This document shows, in pieces, positions 27,516 to 43,047 of a stretch of 64,000 nt of DNA; within the stretch, counting starts at the first letter, position 1, and every line of letters begins with the position of its first letter. Source of the stretch: Eledone cirrhosa (taxonomy: Eukaryota); assembly GCA_964016885.1 (NCBI GenBank), contig OZ024749.1, positions 4,836,001 to 4,900,000 on the forward strand, given 5' to 3'. Under the pieces are notes generated by a model. It ran no database searches and was not told the DNA's origin. It saw only the letters and a list, made by a program, of their open reading frames with translations. Made by a program: the position numbers and the translations under genes.

Positions 27516-28004
27516 CATCGTTCATCCATCTCTTTAAACATTTAGATGCATCGTTTCCTTCACTAAACTTCAGATGAAGGACAAAGATTCGAGACTTTAG
27601 ATTAAGTTTGCTTTCCCGATTTGAAACTATTGAGAAGTAAAAGAGAGGTAATTATCCCTAAAATATAGTCCTCCTCTAAATGTTTGTAACAGAGGGGACT
27701 ATGTTATGGGAACAAAAAGATCAGGTGTTGGTCACTTTAGAACGACTGGCGGATGAATATATCATGGCGATTGAATTCCTCTCATCCCAAGATTTTATGA
27801 TCTCTCACACCAAAACCGTTCTAGGCAAGTCAACCAACAGTCATACATTAGCTGGGATTATATGTCGTCGCCGAATTAAGCATAACATTCTGAGAATACG
27901 AATAGAAAAAACTCAATATTATACAGACACATGCACATATTCACACATACATACTCACCCGCACTCACACATAAATATATTTATATAGGTGAGTATATAC
28001 AAGT

Positions 28005-28238
28005 ACCGACACACACACATACACACACACACACACACACACAGGCACACATACACAGACATACACACACACACACAGACACACACAGACAGACACAGAC
28101 ACACACAGACAGACACAGAGACACACACACACACACACAGACACACAGACACATACACACACAGACACACACACACACATACACAGACACACACATACTC
28201 ATCCAAACACACACACATACATACTCATTCACACACAC

Positions 28239-28304
<66 letters not shown>

Positions 28305-28433
28305 CTGTATGTACACATAGATTTATATATGTACAAAGCTTGGGTCATAAACAATATATTGCCGTTTACTTTATCTAATTGTCTGCTTAAGTTAAGCCGT
28401 AATAAAAATACACAAGTTTCCTCCCTCTTTCAC

Positions 28434-28464
<31 letters not shown>

Positions 28465-28539
28465 ATATGTATGTGTATATATGTGTGTATATGTATGTAT
28501 ATATATGTGTGTGTGTGTGTATACGTATGTGTATATGTG

Positions 28540-28604
<65 letters not shown>

Positions 28605-29007
28605 GTGTATGTATGTGTGTATATATATATATGTGTATGTATGTATGTGTATATATATATATATATATGTGTATGTATGTATGTGTATATATATATATAT
28701 GTGTGTGTATATGTGTGTGTATGTGTATGTATGTATATGTATATATGTGTATATCTGTATATATATGTGTATATGTATGTATATGTATGTATGTATGTAT
28801 ATATATATGTATGTATGTATATGTATATATATACATATGTATGTATATATATATATGTATGTGTATGTATGCATATCTCTCTCTATATATATGTATATCT
28901 ATATATATATATATCTATATGTATATATATCTATATGTATATATATCTATATGTATATATATCTATATGTATATATATCTATATGTATATATATATATAT
29001 ATGTATG

Positions 29008-29042
<35 letters not shown>

Positions 29043-30152
29043 AAATAAATAAAAAATGGCGGTATCAGCAAAGAATAAATCCAGGATGGAGAATATCTAT
29101 CAATGATAGTGGATCTGTATATTCAGTAAATTTCGGTGTCAGAGGTAATATCAACCGTTTAAATGTGTGGCCATTCTTATCGTTTTTTTCTCTTGTCTCC
29201 ATTTATTTTTTTTCTTTTAAATATATCAGAAAAAAATAATTTATCTCCTACTAGCTGCACTTGCTATTCGATGTTTCGGCTTTTATAACGTTTATTTGGG
29301 GTTTCTAAATATTCTATTGTTCTTTTATTTAGTTTATGTTGTTATATTTCGGCTTTCATGAAGTCTGATTCAGAACGTATAAGTATTTTCATTTCCAATT
29401 CGTTGCAGAGAGAGAAATAAGTAAGAATAAATACACGATTGTGCATATTATCTCAATGGATATGACTTATCCGCACATAAAATCCATCTGCGTAGGTTGT
29501 CTTCGTATACGTGAGATATACATACATACATGCAAACATACGGGCATATATATATATATGTGTGTATATATAATATATATATATATATATGTTTATATAT
29601 ATATATATATGTGCGAGTGTGTATGTATTTATGTTTATATATGTGTGTGTGCGTGTGTATGTATGTTTATATATATTGTGTTGGTGCGCGCGCGCGTGTG
29701 TATATATGTTTGTATATATATATATATATATGTGTGTGCGTATGTGAACGTGTGTATATATGTATGTTTATATATATATATATATGTGTGTGCGTATGTG
29801 AACGTGTGTGTATATATGTATGTTTATATATATATATGTATGCGTGTATGTGTGTGCGTGTGTATATGTGTATGTTTATATATGTATATATGTATGCGTG
29901 TGTGTATATGTATGTTTATATATGTGTGTGTCTGCGCTTGTATAGATATATATGTATGTGTATGTATATGTGTGTATATATATATATGTATGTGTACATA
30001 TCCTTTAAACAACATTAGTAAATAAATCTAAACTGCCCTGCACTCTAATAACATCTTATCTTCTCTTCTCTAAATATTTTTTTTTCTCATATATATTCAT
30101 TTGAAGTGTGTGTGTGTCGAAAGTGATGTATATATTTGTATACATATATACA

Positions 30153-30200
<48 letters not shown>
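28005..30200. repeat. (CA)n/(TA)n/(TG)n microsatellite fields with short unique islands
   Basis: Direct inspection. Confidence 0.9.
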
Positions 30201-30201
<1 letters not shown>

Positions 30202-31009
30202 TGCCTGTTCTCTCTATAATTCCAATCGTAACAGAGCTATAAATCCACAGGTGTAGCTACACTATTATGAAAGACACTTTAACTATTCTAGCTATTGCAC
30301 AAACGAAAATAAAACCATTATATTAATTCAGCTCCAAATCATTCGAGTTCCATTCTTTTTCTTATTCAATCCCCTGTCCCTGTTCTCTTCTAAAGAGTCG
30401 TTCATGCAATAATATGAAATATTATATATATATATATATATAAATATATATATATACATATATATATATATAATCAGGCGGCTTTATAAACACAACTGCA
30501 GTGAAGCTTATCAATTAGAAAAAATACAGAAAATAACCCCCCTTTCTTTTGTGGCTATCGCCAATATTATTCAATATCATTGACTATCGTGAAACAGCAG
30601 TCCGCTATTTCTGAAAGCAATCTCTTCTCTCTGTTGATCATAACAATATTATGATAACAAGAGTTAGTAGGAAGCGTGTCTCTTACTATACAATTCTGCA
30701 CCACGAGAGGCCAGCATTTCACAAAAGAAACTGTCTTCATGAAAGCGAAGCGGATCACTTAAAATTATTGTATTATATATTTGCATTTTAAGACTTATTC
30801 ACGTGACATCAATCCTGATTTTGACTCCACTGTTAACCGAATCCGAAATCCAATGAAAGTGAGTTATATCTGAATAACTGTATAGCTGTATAGCTATTTC
30901 ATTAATCTATTTGCTCTGTTAAAGTTTGGTTTTATATATATATTTATATATAACAAAATACAGGAGGTAATTTTACAGTTATATTAGGTTCACGCTTGGT
31001 GATATATAC

Positions 31010-31043
<34 letters not shown>

Positions 31044-33039
31044 TGTACATGTAAGTGTCGATCTAACTGTGATTTGTCTCATATGGTCCCTACATTTCTG
31101 TATAGATGGGACCCCACATTCCCTGCGTTGAGCAATTTTCTTCTTCCAGTGTTGGTATATTTTTTTTTTCTCGGGTGAAAAATCGTAACATTTTTCCCGA
31201 CTGTCTATATATATATATGGTTGGATCAAAGGGAAACAGAGAGAGAACTATATAATTGGGGAATGTAACAATTGGAGAATGTAACAATTGGAGAATAGCT
31301 TGATATATAAGGTAGGCATTTCAGCGTCACATATTTCGATTAAGCGTGAAATGAAATCAGTCGTTCCCGTTACAGATATGGTGTATGTTGGAGTTTTCTT
31401 TTTATTTTCGGGGAGGCTTTTCTTTTTATTTGCTCTTTTCGTTGACCCCTAGTGTTTGAAACCTTTGCTGCAAAGCGATGGGGTTTCACAACTATTTTCT
31501 TTCTGGGGATGAGACAATTGAACACTAAAGAAGAATCGGCATTATTTTTATTGGGCGGAGAGGAGAGAAGAGACGTTATTAAAATTATGTTTAATACATT
31601 TATTCTCATCCTCATCATCAGTATCACCATCAATGCCAATATTGTCTTCGTCATTATCATGGGCAGCATCGTAGTGAGAATGATGGGTAGAATCATTAGA
31701 TTGTTGGAGAAAATGCTGTGACGTATATTGACCCGACTCGACACGTAGTCAGTTCACATAGCAACGTGGTGATTTTTCTCATTCTTCTTTCCGGGGATGA
31801 CGAAATACTGTGTAAGTATAGTACTGTGGTCGGTATAATTGCGACCAGGCTTAGCAAAATCACTGGAATTCTAGCTAATATATACATCATTGTTATGGCT
31901 ATGTTTTTATTCGACCTCCACGTATTGCCATCCTTAGATTCATTATAATCACGCAACATCACGTCATGGTCAATGCTTTTTATCCTCTCAGCAATGTCAG
32001 CGCTGTGCGCAATGCATGTCATTCACTGAATCGTCTGCAATAATTCTAGTATGTTAAAGACCTTTTCACGTGTCATGCATGGCATGAATGAGACTGAATT
32101 AAATACAATAATTGCTGGAGCCCTTGCAGTAATATGCCCCTTTCAGCATTTGGTCTTCAGAATAAGGGAGTTCAGGTGTAAAAGCCAAACTGTGTGCTCC
32201 GACCTGCACTTACCCCTGGTTATGAATCTACGTTAATGATTACAAACTGCCAAAATCGGGTTCCTCTGAATTGATCTATATCATTGGTTCCCAACCAGGG
32301 GGCCATGGCCCACCAGTGGGCTATAGTAAGTTATTGGGGGAGCCACGGGAATTAACTAAAAATCACAAGATGTTTTACATAAAAAAGAAGAGTAGTTTAC
32401 TAACATAATTTTAGTGATCTCCCTCGACAAGGCACGGATCTCTGAGATCAGGGAGTCACTTAGGTTAGTACCGCAACTTATCTAAATCAAGGGATCACTG
32501 CTCCGCTGCTAGAGAAATGTTATTAATATTTAAGTAAAAAATGTTATTAATATTTAAAAAATATTAAAAAAATGTTATTAATATTTAAGATAAAATAAAG
32601 TACCAGTAATGCACTGGGTCATTGCTGGCCTTGTGCCTAAAGTAGAAACAGTTATTAATATTTATGTAGGGTGTCGCTGGAGAGAATTTCACAGTTAAAG
32701 CCAACTGACAGGGGGCTGAGAGGTACACAATATGACAAGGGGCTGGATAATATTCATGAGTTCGGTTGGTCACGTTTGGTGATCGAGCTGGATCATCTTG
32801 AAGTGGTTGCTTCAGTTAAGTCACTCTGGAAAGGGTGGGTATCTGGAGATGTTTTCCTCAAGGCTATCGCATGAATAAATGGGTGAGAAGGAGAAAGAAG
32901 AAAAAGAATATAAATATGTTCAACGCCGTTACGGCCCTTTACTGTCTGAGTTCAAATCCCGCCGTCGATTTAATCAACTTTCCCCTCCTCTAAAATTACT
33001 GGCCTTGTGCATAAATGGAAGCACATATTTCAAACGTCA

Positions 33040-33211
33040 TATTATGATATTAATCATCATCATCATGATCATCAGCTTGATAGTCGTCATTGCTGCTGTT
33101 GTTCTTATCAACGTCATCGGTATCGTCTCCAGCAAAAACAGAGGTAACGACATCATTTACATCTCTTCTGTCAGTTTTATCATGAACCTCATCACCACCA
33201 CCACCACCACC

Positions 33212-33245
<34 letters not shown>

Positions 33246-33405
33246 CCACCATCACCATCATCACCATCACCATCATCACCATCACCACCACCATCATCAT
33301 CACCATCATCATCATGAATAACACCATGAATTTCATCATCATCATCATCATCATTTTCATCACGTATAACACTATTATCATCAACATCACGATCATCTTC
33401 ATCAT
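33040..33405. repeat. (CAT)n/(CAC)n trinucleotide repeat
   Basis: Direct inspection. Gives the poly-I/T ORF artefact. Confidence 0.9.
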
Positions 33406-33567
33406 TCCATTATATAGTGTATTTTTTCTTAATTCAAATTACATCAGACAAGACGTGAATGAAAAATCCGAATGAATTTTTTGCATATATGCATGTTGAT
33501 GCGTGCCTGTATATCAAATATAGTTTATGTGGAGGTACACATATATATACGAGCGTGTATATATGTA

Positions 33568-33650
33568 CAGCTTTTCCCAAAAAATGTATACACGTAAACA
33601 CATATCTATTAAGATGTTGTTGAAGTATGTAACCATTTTAGGACACCCTG
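33568..33650. mobile_element. Tiny Tc1/mariner-like MITE remnant
   Basis: ta-cagcttttcccaaaaaatg ... cattttaggacaccctg-ta imperfect TIRs. Confidence 0.45.
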
Positions 33651-33651
33651 T

Positions 33652-33686
<35 letters not shown>

Positions 33687-34219
33687 AAAAAATATATATT
33701 TAAAAGAATATATATTGTGTGTGTGTGCGTTTGTTTATATCCATCTTATGTTAAAGAGATATAAGAAAAACAAGATATGACATGTTCATCGTTGTAAGCC
33801 AAGATACTACAGCGTACAATTTAATTATATATCCTATACAAAAAAACTAATTTCACATCTTCAGCTGGTGTCAATAAGAATATGATTTCCAAATAGTATT
33901 GGTGATGGAGGACGTGATGGCGGTACAGACAAATATTATTAATGATGGTGGGCATGATGGCGGTAGAGACGATGGCGAATTTACTGCTGTTGGTAGTGCT
34001 GGTTATGGCAGGTGTGTTAGTATTCCTAATGGAATGGTATTTATTTTTGTGTTGATGTGGTGACGTTGATGCCTTTATAGTTATGGTATTAATACTACTG
34101 TGATAGTGTGATGATATTGTCGGCGGTTCTGGAGATAGTTTTCATGCTGAAGTTTAATAACATAACAGTGCAGCAACAACATAACATTATACATACTAGC
34201 TAAATATTAATATCTATTG

Positions 34220-34550
34220 GTCAATAGACCTATGGAGTGGAAGGCATTCCATCCGCTACGACGACGAGTGTTCCAGTTGATCCAATCAACGGATCAACAT
34301 TCTCGTGAATTAACGTGCAAGTAACTGAGCATTCGAGATATACGCGTAGCCTTAACGTAGCTCTCAGGGAGATTCGGTCTGATACAGAATGTGACATGGC
34401 TGATCCTTCGAAATACAGTTACAACTCATTTTATCCAGCTAAGTGAAATGGAGAAACGTAACATATAGTGTCTTGCTCAAACACAGCGCGCCACCGGGAA
34501 TTGAACTCACGACCGTCACCCGAATTCACTAAATACACAGCCATGCCCCT
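34220..34550 (-). mobile_element. tRNA-derived SINE (family B-like head, different body)
   Basis: agtgtcttgctcaa..aacagcgcgccaccgggaattgaactcacgacc is the antisense of the CORE-like/B-box region. Confidence 0.65.
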
Positions 34551-35595
34551 TCACATTTGTTTTACACCTTTACACAAGATTAAATGGCATAACCCATCTA
34601 TGTATGATGCTTTTATTATTTTAGTGGTTTCATTGGGCAAATGCTTAACATCTTGCTATAACATTATGCGTCCGGCTGTCAGATCGCGCCGAGATTAACT
34701 TTGCTTTTCACAGCGCACTGGTGTCGACTTAATCGCCTCTCTCACTTTTTGCTGGTCGTATACTAAGATTAGAAACAACCATTTAATGGTTTCATTGGGT
34801 AAATTCTTAACAGTATTTCGCTATGGTCAATTACGTTCTTAGTTCAAATCCTGCTGCGGTCAATTTGGTCTTTCTTCCTTATGGAGTCGATAGTAATGTA
34901 ATGCCTTCGATTAAATCGACTTGACCGTCCTTCAAATTGCTGGCCTTGTGCTAAGTTAGAAATCATTGTTTAAGTGGATTCAAGCATTCGAATGGCGTCT
35001 GTTGGAACTCCGCCTTCGGCAGATTTCAGTGTGTCATATCACACTCAATATCACACTCAATATCACACTCAATACCTAATTTCCTCTTCCCCATTATCTG
35101 TTTGGATGACAAAAGTACATTCTCAGTACTGCGCGTTTCATTGATACTTTTTTCATATTTTCCTGTGCCACATTAAAGGTACCTAAATCTATTATGTTCT
35201 CACCATTGGGAGACGTCATCGACTGTTTTGCCTCCTGGTCTGATTACGTAAAGCGACCAGAGAAATATGTATTGTGCATCAATAATGGCATGTAGTCTTC
35301 TCATGTTATTGGAATTTGGCCGGCTCGTGTTTTTCACTGTTATATATATTATATATATATGAGTGTCTGTTTTTGCAAAATGTAAACGGAACAACAAAGT
35401 AAAAAGTACTGTACAAAGAAGAAATATAATAGTGCAATGCTTGACATAGTAGGAAGAGGCTCTTTACGTTTTGCGCATCGACGTTCATCAAAAGGTAAAG
35501 TGTGGGAAAAGGAACAGAAGGAAAAAATGTTTGAGACAAAGCGATTGTGTATTCAGTTAGTGTTATATAGGGAGCAGAGTGATCACTGGCGATTG

Positions 35596-35648
<53 letters not shown>

Positions 35649-35674
35649 AACCTGGGGAGGGTCATATTGTTATA

Positions 35675-35795
35675 ATAATTGTTTCTACTATTGGCACAAG
35701 GCCAGCAATTACCCAGTACATTACTGGTACTTTATTTTATCGACCCCCGTAAGGATGAAAGGCAAAGTTAACCTCGGCGGGATTTGAACTCAGAT
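35675..35795 (-). mobile_element. 5'-truncated SINE family A inserted into another repeat (35650-35935, homologous to about 39005-39185 minus)
   Basis: Tail-to-B-box match. attgttat(t)ataat-like duplication at both sides. The host repeat shares aataacagaacacactcactgtttgg. Confidence 0.75.
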
Positions 35796-35940
35796 TGTTA
35801 TTATAATGCCAACAAATAATAACAGAACACACTCACTGTTTGGTTGGTTTTCGCTTCTGTATATTTTATATCTCTAGTTAATTTATCTGGCACTCAATGT
35901 TTATCATTGATTGAGCAACGGTTAAAAATACAGATATAAA

Positions 35941-36640
35941 TATATATCAATGGGATATATTGAGTTAGAAACTCCAAGTTACAATTAAATAGCCCAAGGA
36001 AAGAGATTTTTCCGAGCCGTGTAATATAATTGAATATAAAAGAGAGATAAACAGAGATGGATACACATACGTGTTCAAATCGTAAGGGACCAGATTCGCT
36101 AGGATGAAAAAATACTAACTATGAACAATAGGGTTTGCCAGGCTCACTTTAAAAGAATAAATCAAGAAAAGAAATACAAATCAATAATGGGGCAACTGCA
36201 AAAACACCCAAACAGCTTTTGGTAATGCTGTATCGAAATTTTAGTGAAGGGAATTTCCGAACCTTACGCTCATCAGTGGGGGTAAAATGAGTAAACCCTT
36301 CACTTTTAAGTATCGCAGAGGACTGAATATTGTGCATATATAAAATAACGCATATGGCATCAGAAGCTAGCATGCTCATAACCGTAAACTACTAAAAATA
36401 GCAGCCAAGTTTACTCGACAATTAAATTAGTAAAAGATGATGAGCAAAAGAATTTTTAATGCACTTCACTAAAATTGCAAAACAAAAGCTTTTCTTTATT
36501 TATTTATTTTTAAATAGAGTCTGGTAAACCCTATTGTTCATAGTTAGTATTTTTTCATCCTAGCGAATCTGGTCCCTTACGATTTGAACACACATGTCTA
36601 TGTATCTGTGTTTATCTCTCTTTTATATTCAATGATATAA
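35941..36640. mobile_element. Composite inverted-repeat element (arms about 36024-36172 and 36490-36640), related to 15710-15850
   Basis: ttgaatataaaagagagataaac..gtgttcaaatcgtaagggaccagattcgctaggatgaaaaaatactaactatgaacaatagggttt and its reverse complement. Confidence 0.7.
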
Positions 36641-36989
36641 ATATATATAGAGAGTCTATCAAATTTGGTTGGTCACACATCTATGACATTATCAGTGGTA
36701 CTATTGTTTCCTTCCGTTGTATTGTAATGAACACGCCATTTTTATTATATTTATTTATTTATTTATTTATTCTTGTCTCTGTTTGAGCTTGCGTTTGCAT
36801 GTGTGTTACCTGTTTGGTGTGTGTGTGTTGGAGTTTGAATGTATGCGTTTTTGTATCCTATCTTTGTTCACTAGTGTGTGTTTATGTGTGTTTCTTATTA
36901 TTATACTCGTGTATATAATAATATTTTATTTACAATACACTTAGGTCACCTGTTGAATAAACTCAAAGTTTCTAAAGAATACATCCGAG

Positions 36990-37633
36990 CATGTATGTAT
37001 ATATATACATATATATATATTTTACATGTATATATCTTTTACATATATATATTATATATATATTACATATATATATATTTTACATATATATATTGTAAAT
37101 ATATATATGGCATATATATATTATATATATATATATATTACATATATATATATTACATATATATATATTACATATATATATATTACATATATATATTATA
37201 TATATATATATTACATATATGTATTATATATATATATTACATATATATATTAAATATATAAACATTACATGTATATATTATATATATATTACATATATAT
37301 ATTAAATATATATACATTACATATATATATTATATATATTTTACATATATATATTAAATATATATATATTACATATATATATATATTAAATATATATATA
37401 TTACATATATATATATTAAATATATATATATTACATATATATATATATATTATATATATATATATTACATATACATATTATTTATATATATATTACATAT
37501 ATATATTCTCTTTATATATATATATTCTATATATATATATTATATATATTATATATATATAATATATATATTATATATATTATATATATATAATATATAT
37601 ATTATATATATTATGTATATATAATATATACAT

Positions 37634-37675
<42 letters not shown>

Positions 37676-37795
37676 TATTATATATATAAAATATATATAT
37701 ATATATTATATATATAATATATATATTATATAAATAAAGTATATATATATATATATTATATATATTATATATATAATATATATATTCTATATATA

Positions 37796-37827
<32 letters not shown>

Positions 37828-37959
37828 ATATATATATATATTATATATATATAATATATATATATATATATTATATATGTATATATATTATATAATATAT
37901 ATATATTATATTATATATATATATATATATTATAATATATATATATATATTACATATAT

Positions 37960-37990
<31 letters not shown>

Positions 37991-38027
37991 TATATATATA
38001 ATATATATATAATATATATATATATAT

Positions 38028-38069
<42 letters not shown>

Positions 38070-38132
38070 TATATATATAATATATATAATATATATATAT
38101 ATATAATATATATATATATATATAATATATAT

Positions 38133-38167
<35 letters not shown>

Positions 38168-38218
38168 TAATATATATATATATAATATATATATATATAT
38201 AATATATATATATATATA

Positions 38219-38257
<39 letters not shown>

Positions 38258-38450
38258 CATATATATATATATATATATAATACATATATATATATAATAT
38301 ATTATATATATATATATATAATATATTATATATATATATATATAATATATTATATATATATATATATATAATATATTATATATATATATATATATAATAT
38401 ATTATATATATATATATATATATAATATATTAAATATATATATAATATAT

Positions 38451-38484
<34 letters not shown>

Positions 38485-38700
38485 ATAATATATTATATAT
38501 ATATATATTATATATATATATATATATATAATATATTAAATATATATATAATATATTATATATATATATTATATATTATATATATATATAATATATTATA
38601 TATATATATATTATATATATATATATAATATATATAATATATATTATATATATACACACAATCATATATATACACACGTACTTACACATACATACACACA
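36990..38700. repeat. Very long degenerate (TA)n tract
   Basis: Direct inspection. Confidence 0.95.
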
Positions 38701-39230
38701 TATATACATGCATACATACGCATGCACAAATATAGATATATGTATACACGCATACATACGCACACACACAAATAATTATAATAAAAAAATATAATAAAAA
38801 TACCGTCACAGAAGAAGAAATAAAAATGAATATAAACATTATTATAGTGTTGACAGCGATACAGGCAACAAATAAATTATTTAGTCTAAATAAAGATGGC
38901 GTAGAAAATACAATGCAACGGGAGGAAAGTATAGCATCACTGACGATGTTGCAGATGTGTAACGAAAGAACTTTTATAAACTATATATATGTGTTTGTGT
39001 CTATATTGTATCTGTATTATTTTTGACCGTTGGTCAGTCAATGGCAACATTGAGGACCGAATTAATTAGATTACCGATATAAAAGTCACAGAAGCGAAAA
39101 GCGAAAGCCAGCCAAACAGTGAGTGTGTTCTGTTATTAATTCTGGCAATATCATTACACCAATATGACCCTCCACAAGTATAACAATATTTGTTTCGACA
39201 CACGATTTCATATCAAAAACCTCGCCAAAC

Positions 39231-39263
<33 letters not shown>

Positions 39264-39264
39264 C

Positions 39265-39304
<40 letters not shown>

Positions 39305-39320
39305 ATACATATATATATAC

Positions 39321-39509
<189 letters not shown>

Positions 39510-39516
39510 CATATAT

Positions 39517-39547
<31 letters not shown>

Positions 39548-39624
39548 TACATATATATATACATATATATATACATATATACATATATATATATATACAT
39601 TTATATATACATATATATATATAT

Positions 39625-39993
39625 GATGTTGGCATCGCCTTCAAGATAGACCCAAGGCTGGGGTCCCGTGCTATCCGTCCCATTCAAAAATTTAAATCGC
39701 AACTCATAACAACAATACGGCACAATTATTTCACCTCAATCGGCCCTGCTCTCTTCAACATCACACCAGGACACGTCAAAACAGAAACTGACCACACAAA
39801 ATTCAAGAAGTCTTTGGACAAATTCCTCCAAGTAATCCCGGACAAACCACCCACACCCGGATATGTCTCCGCAAACAGTAATTCTCTTCTCGAATGGGCC
39901 ATGGTGCCCAAATCCTGAATTGAAAGACTTCGCCAGGTGGTGCTATTAAGTTAGACATGGCCTGGGCCAATACTGGCCAAAACATTTCAAAGT
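39625..39993 (+). mobile_element. 3' end of a CR1-group LINE inserted in (TA)n
   Basis: In-frame [30 protein letters not shown], stop at 39918, short 3' UTR. Confidence 0.78.
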
Positions 39994-40447
39994 TATTCAA
40001 AGTTATATATATACATATATACATATATATATACATATATATATATATATACATATATATACATATATATATATGTGTATGTGTGTACATACAAACATAT
40101 GTTTCTCAATTATTTCACTTATGAATTATCAAGCATCAATAATTTCATAGTCGTCCTCCGGCATTAATCTATGTTGATGTGGTCTGTACAAGGCATCGTA
40201 ATTATGGCCATGAAATGATGGAACTACTTGTCATTTGTGTAACATTGCTTCTTGTTTGTTGTCATGGTGAGCTTATTGGTTTGAGGTGGCGGGGAGATCG
40301 GGTTGACTTTCTTTGACAACCCTTCTAAACTCCATTATTTTTCATGTTTATTTTTACATAAAAATACATATACATAAGTACATACATACCTACATTGATC
40401 CATTCAAAGATACGTACGTGCAAACATATATGCGTACATACATACAC

Positions 40448-40510
<63 letters not shown>

Positions 40511-40952
40511 CGTGTGTGTGTGTGTGTTTGAGGGCTGCAAAGTCTGATAGGAGTATTGCAATCGTTTGTCAGATTCAGATGTGTGACGCTCGGATATGAC
40601 TTTCCAAGCCTGCTAGATACTTGCATTCCTTCGCACACTGACGACAACTATAGATATCTCTGACCCCAGTTCTTGCATCAGTTTGCTTGAGAACCTTCAC
40701 AGTACCGTGGAGATCATAGTTCACTGGTTTCCTTCGAACATAGCTGCGACTGTGGCTCCTGAGGCCACATTTGCTGAAGCGAATATTTCCACGCTCAAGG
40801 CACTTGAATTCAATGGAGACACCGATCGTTTCGAGAGATAAACCAGGGCATTGCTTACGAACATCCCGTTTGATCTTTTCGTACTTTATGCGTCTGTCCT
40901 AAAACTTATGGACCCCAACATTCACCATTCAACGCCAAGTTTCTCTTTCATA

Positions 40953-41270
40953 CATACAATCATAAATATATACAATCATACATACATACAATCATACATA
41001 CAATCATAAATACATACAATCATAAATACATACACTCATAAATACATACAATCATAAATACATACAATCATAAATACATACAATCATAAATACATACAAT
41101 CATAAATACATACACTCATAAATACATACAATCATAAATACATACAATCATAAATACATACACTCATAAATACATACAATCATAAATACATACAATCATA
41201 AATACATACACTCATAAATACATACAATCATAAATACATACAATCATACATACATTCAATCATACATACG
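40953..41270. repeat. 16-bp minisatellite (catacaatcataaata)n
   Basis: About 19 tandem units seen directly. Confidence 0.9.
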
Positions 41271-41332
41271 TACATACGTACATACGTACATACATACATC
41301 ATACTCATATACAAGTATATCGTAGTATAGAT

Positions 41333-42024
41333 CAGTGCTACTGAAAGTGGTGGTCCGCGGACTGGTGCCGGTACGCGAGCCATCAGCTACCGGTACGCGG
41401 CCAGTTCCCAGGCCATGCCAGGGAATCATTTGAGGAATTGGTTATTAAGATAAAATACAAGAATAATATGGATATTCATTCTCCATTGCACGCGGCACTG
41501 TCCTCAATTGAACCACAACTGGATAAACTGACAAAGAAGGAGGAGGCTCACCTTTCACCCTAGTAAAGATTAAGGTTATATAATTTTTATTTTTGTGTTA
41601 ATAAACTGCTTGTGATTTTTTTAATTACATTTTTTATGTTTTGATATTGTATCATTTGTTTACACCGGGCGGTGGATTGGCAGTATCGGTAGAGGCTCGG
41701 ACGCCATGCTTTGACGCACAGAGTTAGGGCCCTCGTCATTCTGATTTCAAATCCCGCAGAGGTTAACTTTGCCTTTCATCCTTACGGCGTCGATAAAATA
41801 AAGTACCAGTAATGTACTGGGATAATTGCTGGCCTTGTGCCAACAGTAAAAACAATTATTTGTTTACAAAATAAATAGAAGATACAAAAATGTTCAACTA
41901 TTATTATATTCATTATATATATCATTTCCGGTATGAATTAATATTACTACGAAATATTAGCGGTACGTGGCACATTGAAAAAAAAAATGCCGGTCTGCCA
42001 CATCAGATAGTTTGAGAAGCTCTG
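41333..42024 (+). mobile_element. Non-autonomous hAT (Charlie-like) DNA transposon with 8-bp TSD
   Basis: TSD gtatagat at 41325-41332 and 42025-42032. TIRs cagtgctactgaaagt / agtttgagaagctctg. Internal transposase C-terminal remnant IKIKYKNNMDIHSPLHAALSSIEPQLDKL..AHLS. Confidence 0.88.
41665..41857 (+). mobile_element. SINE family A nested in the hAT element, 11-bp TSD
   Basis: atttgtttaca at 41654-41664 and 41858-41868. Full head, centre and tail. Confidence 0.88.
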
Positions 42025-42152
42025 GTATAGATGATTCTGTGAATTAATGTTTATATATACTTAACAAAGATGGGTGTAGTAAGATACCAGGTGTACCATA
42101 ACGTACCAGAGTATATGTATGGATATGTGTGTATTTTTATGTATATGTGTGT

Positions 42153-42188
<36 letters not shown>

Positions 42189-42200
42189 GCATGCATATAT

Positions 42201-42355
<155 letters not shown>

Positions 42356-42383
42356 ATGTATATATATATATATATATATACAT

Positions 42384-42447
<64 letters not shown>

Positions 42448-42462
42448 TATATATATATACAT

Positions 42463-42500
<38 letters not shown>

Positions 42501-42553
42501 ATATATATATATATATATATACAATATATATATATATATATATACATATACAT

Positions 42554-42591
<38 letters not shown>

Positions 42592-42597
42592 CATACA

Positions 42598-42673
<76 letters not shown>

Positions 42674-42679
42674 CATACA

Positions 42680-42710
<31 letters not shown>

Positions 42711-43002
42711 AAAACAAATAACGAAACGAAATTAAATTTCGTTTCATTTGTAACTCACTTTTGTATGACTGACGCTTAAACAATTAAGTTAAAGATGTAC
42801 ATCCACATATGTATACTGAAATACTAGTATGCATATGAATACACACACGTATACATATGTAGATGTACCGAGTTTTTCACTGGTCACTTTACTGTGAGTG
42901 TCCAGCTATTCTGTATGTAAACACACAGACAAACCGGTTTTTAGAGTCATACTGGTTTTTGAGGAAACACCTTTCCTCTATTCTCCAGAAAGCCAGGCAA
43001 GG

Positions 43003-43047
43003 AATATTGAACTAGTTTCGATGTTGTTACATCTCATCAGCAATATT
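43003..43047 (-). ncRNA. Type I hammerhead ribozyme (also 43469-43513, 43935-43979, 44401-44445 on minus)
   Basis: aatattg-CTGATGA-gatgt/aaca/acatc-GAAA-ctag-TT-caatatt. Perfect core, 7-bp stem I, 5-bp stem II, palindromic stem III. Confidence 0.9.

Noticed and set aside
27565-27609. Hammerhead-like aaactt-CAGATGA..GAGA..aagttt
   Set aside because: Both core halves are mutated, so it cannot be supported beyond a possible relic.
32282-32350. hAT-like terminus cattggttcccaacc
   Set aside because: No matching second TIR or TSD could be identified by eye.
32879-33475. 198-aa hydrophobic ORF
   Set aside because: Composed of a SINE fragment plus (CAT/CAC)n repeats.
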